DNA of 64,000 bases from Thermodesulfobacteriota bacterium. GTDB taxonomy: Bacteria; Desulfobacterota_D; UBA1144; Nemesobacterales; Mycalebacteriaceae. The stretch spans positions 886,570 to 950,569 of the forward strand of contig OZ242184.1 in the NCBI GenBank assembly GCA_965205855.1. Direction: 5' to 3'. Below, in pieces: positions 61,801 to 64,000 of the stretch. A program made the translations under genes and the position numbers. The notes under the pieces are model-generated. The model was not told the DNA's origin. It did no database searches and was given only the letters and a program-made list of their open reading frames with translations. Each line of letters opens with the position of its first letter. Position 1 is the first letter of the stretch.

Positions 61801-62907
61801 ATGACAACAAGGAAAATAAATTCACTCACTCTTACTGCGTTCTTTTTTATGGTTTCGGCGTTTTGGATTGCGGATGCGCACGCTTTGTCGCGCATCGGCA
61901 TTTTCGGCGGGCGGCAAAGCACGGACATCACCGTTGAAAGCTTCAAATGGCAGTCTGGCGGAATCGGCAGAAAAGCGGTTTTTTCGGAAGTAACGCTCCG
62001 CAACAACAGCAATCTGGACTATTCCTCGGTCACATTGAGAGCCCGGCTTCTGGTATCGGGAAAGTCAAGAGGCGGCGTTCGGGGCAAACTGAACACCGCT
62101 TTGAAAGCCTGGGAGATGAAAACATTCAAAAATGTGCGTCTCGGAAGAATGAACTTCAATGCGGACTCCGTCTCGCTTGAGGTTGTCGGCGCAACTCTCG
62201 CGTCAGAGGACGGAAAACGGCGAAACCCTCTCAAAATAACGGATTGGGAATGGAAAAGCGGAGGGCAACAGATGGGAAGCGGAACAATTGAAAAAATTGT
62301 CATAAAAAACCCGTCAAATACTCCGTACGGGAAAGTGCGCATTCTCATAGTTCAGAAAAGAGCGGGAAAAAGACTTCAGGCTTATCCGGTAACGATAAAT
62401 AAAATCGCCCGACCCGGCACGGAGACGGTTTATGAAAACGTGAATCCAGGATTTATCCACCCTTCGGCCGACGAGATTGAAGTCTCCATCGTCTCCGCAT
62501 ATCCGGTCTCGGAAAAACAGATAGCTTTGATGAGCGAAAGAGCCGGAGAGAAAAACACAAAGGCCGTAAAGTTCGGTGGCAAAGCCAAGGCCGTTCCGGG
62601 TTACGATATTGTGGTAAGAGAATTCGAATGGGGAAGCGGAGTCGCCGGTTCGCTGGGGGTTGTCAAATCTCTTGTCTTGACAAATAGAAGCGCTGTCCGA
62701 TATGCGGAAGTTTCCATGGCGGTGGAGTTTCTCTCAAGAAAAGGAACGGTTGTTAACACAAAAGTTTTCAAGATAAAAAAACCACCGACACCCGGAGAAA
62801 CCGTCACTTTCAAAAACTTGAAATTGGGAATTCTAAATTACTCTCCAGAAAAAAGACTGATGAGAATATATGTTAAAGGTGGCAAGAACACAGACTTGGA
62901 ACAATAA
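61801..62907 (+). CDS. secreted protein with three internal repeats of about 110 aa
   Basis: Signal peptide ending AHA. Three repeats begin ESFKWQSGG, TDWEWKSGG and REFEWGSGV, each followed by a (V/I)xLxNxS region. Confidence 0.55.
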   Translation: MTTRKINSLTLTAFFFMVSAFWIADAHALSRIGIFGGRQSTDITVESFKWQSGGIGRKAVFSEVTLRNNSNLDYSSVTLRARLLVSGKSRGGVRGKLNTALKAWEMKTFKNVRLGRMNFNADSVSLEVVGATLASEDGKRRNPLKITDWEWKSGGQQMGSGTIEKIVIKNPSNTPYGKVRILIVQKRAGKRLQAYPVTINKIARPGTETVYENVNPGFIHPSADEIEVSIVSAYPVSEKQIALMSERAGEKNTKAVKFGGKAKAVPGYDIVVREFEWGSGVAGSLGVVKSLVLTNRSAVRYAEVSMAVEFLSRKGTVVNTKVFKIKKPPTPGETVTFKNLKLGILNYSPEKRLMRIYVKGGKNTDLEQ

Positions 62908-62910
62908 AAA

Positions 62911-63129
62911 TCAGTCCGTTACAAGAGATGCCTTTTTCATAATATCCGCTAAGCTTTCGCTAAACGATTGAGCCCCGCTGAGAGGAATCACTATGCATGA
63001 ACGACCGCCGCTCACTTCGGTTATGCGTACATATTTTCCCTTATGGTTTTCTTTCAAGTCAAAAAAGAACTTTTTCTGTTCTATGTTAATCTGTTTACTG
63101 ATATGGTCTTTTTCAAAATTTCCGCTCAT
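62911..63129 (-). CDS. bacterial PUR-alpha-like ssDNA/RNA-binding protein (DUF3276 family)
   Basis: KKFFFDLKENHKGKYVRITE fits the PUR repeat pattern of DUF3276 proteins (YFFDVKxxxxGxYLKITE). Confidence 0.45.
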   Translation of the reverse strand: MSGNFEKDHISKQINIEQKKFFFDLKENHKGKYVRITEVSGGRSCIVIPLSGAQSFSESLADIMKKASLVTD

Positions 63130-63239
63130 TGTTCACTCCCGCTAATTAAGACACTCTGACAGAAATTCTATACTACAAGCAAGCGGAGAAAAATCAAACC
63201 GGCTTGGCAGCCGCGGAAAATGAATTTATATTGCCATAT

Positions 63240-63686
63240 ATGGCGAAAATTAAGATAGAAATGCCGGATTTTTTTCTGTTTTCCACCGATATTACCGTAA
63301 GAATAAACGACATCAACTATGGAATGCACGTTGGGCATGACTCATTTCTTACAATAACCCATGAAGCACGGGTCAGGTTTCTGAGAAGTCTCGGAGCGAC
63401 CGAAGGCGATGTGTTTGGAAAAGGAATAGTGTTGTCTCACGCGGCCCTTTCATACACAAACGAGTCTTTCTACGGAGATGTGATAACGGTCAAAATAGGA
63501 GCCGGAGAGTTTAGTAAATACGGGCTGGAGCTTTTCTATCTGCTTTCCGAAAATACGCGCGAGACAGAGATAGGCAGAGTGCGAACCGGAATTGTCTTCT
63601 TTGACTACAAGAAACGGAAAGTGGCGCGCGTGCCGGCGAAATTCGCGCAAATGATTTCCAGTATCCGCGCGGCCGCGGACATTTGA
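63240..63686 (+). CDS. acyl-CoA thioesterase, hotdog fold (4HBT/YbgC-like)
   Basis: Hotdog-fold thioesterase layout with a conserved acidic/His region. ATG at MAKIKIEM. The ORF track starts 12 codons upstream at TTG. Confidence 0.7.
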   Translation: MAKIKIEMPDFFLFSTDITVRINDINYGMHVGHDSFLTITHEARVRFLRSLGATEGDVFGKGIVLSHAALSYTNESFYGDVITVKIGAGEFSKYGLELFYLLSENTRETEIGRVRTGIVFFDYKKRKVARVPAKFAQMISSIRAAADI

Positions 63687-63689
63687 CGC

Positions 63690-64000
63690 CTATTTGCCAT
63701 TCGGGTAATCAACCCTGAACGCAATAAACAGGTTGCCACCCCTTCTCCGGACAAGAAACCGCACCGGCTTGTTTTTATCAATGTCTTTTATCTTTGCGTT
63801 GTAATGGTCTACGGATTTTATCTCATCACCGTTCACCTTAAGCACAATATCCCCACGACGAACACCGGCATCCCACGCGGGACTGTCTCCGCGCACGTTG
63901 ACCACAACAACACCGGAGCGCGAATCCAGAGCGTAACGTTCCGCAAGACCCTGAGTAACCTGAGCAACCCGTATTCCGGTTGAGGAAGATGGCTCTTGCT
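63690..64000 (-). CDS. PDZ domain protein (probable C-terminus of an HtrA/S1C-like protease). 5' end outside the window
   Basis: VVVNVRGDSPAWDAGVRRGDIVLKVNGDEIKSV is a canonical PDZ (GLGF-type) segment. The frame is open to the window edge. The M in the ORF track is a GTG within the coding sequence. Confidence 0.5.
   Translation of the reverse strand, partial: QEPSSSTGIRVAQVTQGLAERYALDSRSGVVVVNVRGDSPAWDAGVRRGDIVLKVNGDEIKSVDHYNAKIKDIDKNKPVRFLVRRRGGNLFIAFRVDYPNGK

Overview
This is a 64-kb bacterial chromosomal window of roughly mid GC content. Most of it is densely packed housekeeping genes. The conserved genes are, in order: a 5'-partial FMN-dependent alpha-hydroxy-acid dehydrogenase, mgtE, recO, argJ, pyrD, ychF, a minus-strand tRNA cluster (His, Arg, Pro), an MBL-fold hydrolase and cysK. 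Next comes a long co-directional cluster: ftsH, folP, cdaA, cdaR, glmM, pdxJ, acpS, folC. Then follow a DnaD-like plus DnaC/IstB-like ATPase pair, rpe, a CDGSH protein, a thioredoxin-like protein, glnS, ilvE, a GT4 glycosyltransferase, der, ybeY, scpB, scpA, an M50 protease and a Xer recombinase. After that come ahcY, metK, a GST, hemB, qor, an HDAC-like amidohydrolase, rpmE, tRNA-Asn, an RpoH-like sigma factor and alaS, then rpmA-rplU. On the far side of the island lie lgt, hisC, hisD, ptsH, an MqnC/E-like radical-SAM enzyme, rluB, efp, mutL, a GYD protein and a 3'-partial PDZ protein. The one clearly accessory region is about 42.8-52.1 kb, inserted between rplU and thpR. It holds a tightly coupled four-gene operon: a Type III Mod, a 185-aa membrane protein of unknown function, a Type III Res, and a three-Cys DUF5131 (phage Gp37/Gp68) protein. 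The mod gene is frameshifted at a poly-G7 tract, which suggests phase variation. Next to this operon lies an AT-rich Type II R-M cassette (a Dam-like methyltransferase plus a possibly split endonuclease), an IS1380-like transposase fragment, and a membrane-protein cassette. These cassettes are separated by copies of the thpR 3' end, two of them perfect 164-bp direct repeats, so the region looks like a cassette array built at the thpR terminus. The augmented Type III operon is the best candidate for an undescribed composite defence system. Coordinates I counted by hand from the sequence lines may be off by 1 nt. Coordinates taken from the ORF track by arithmetic should be exact.
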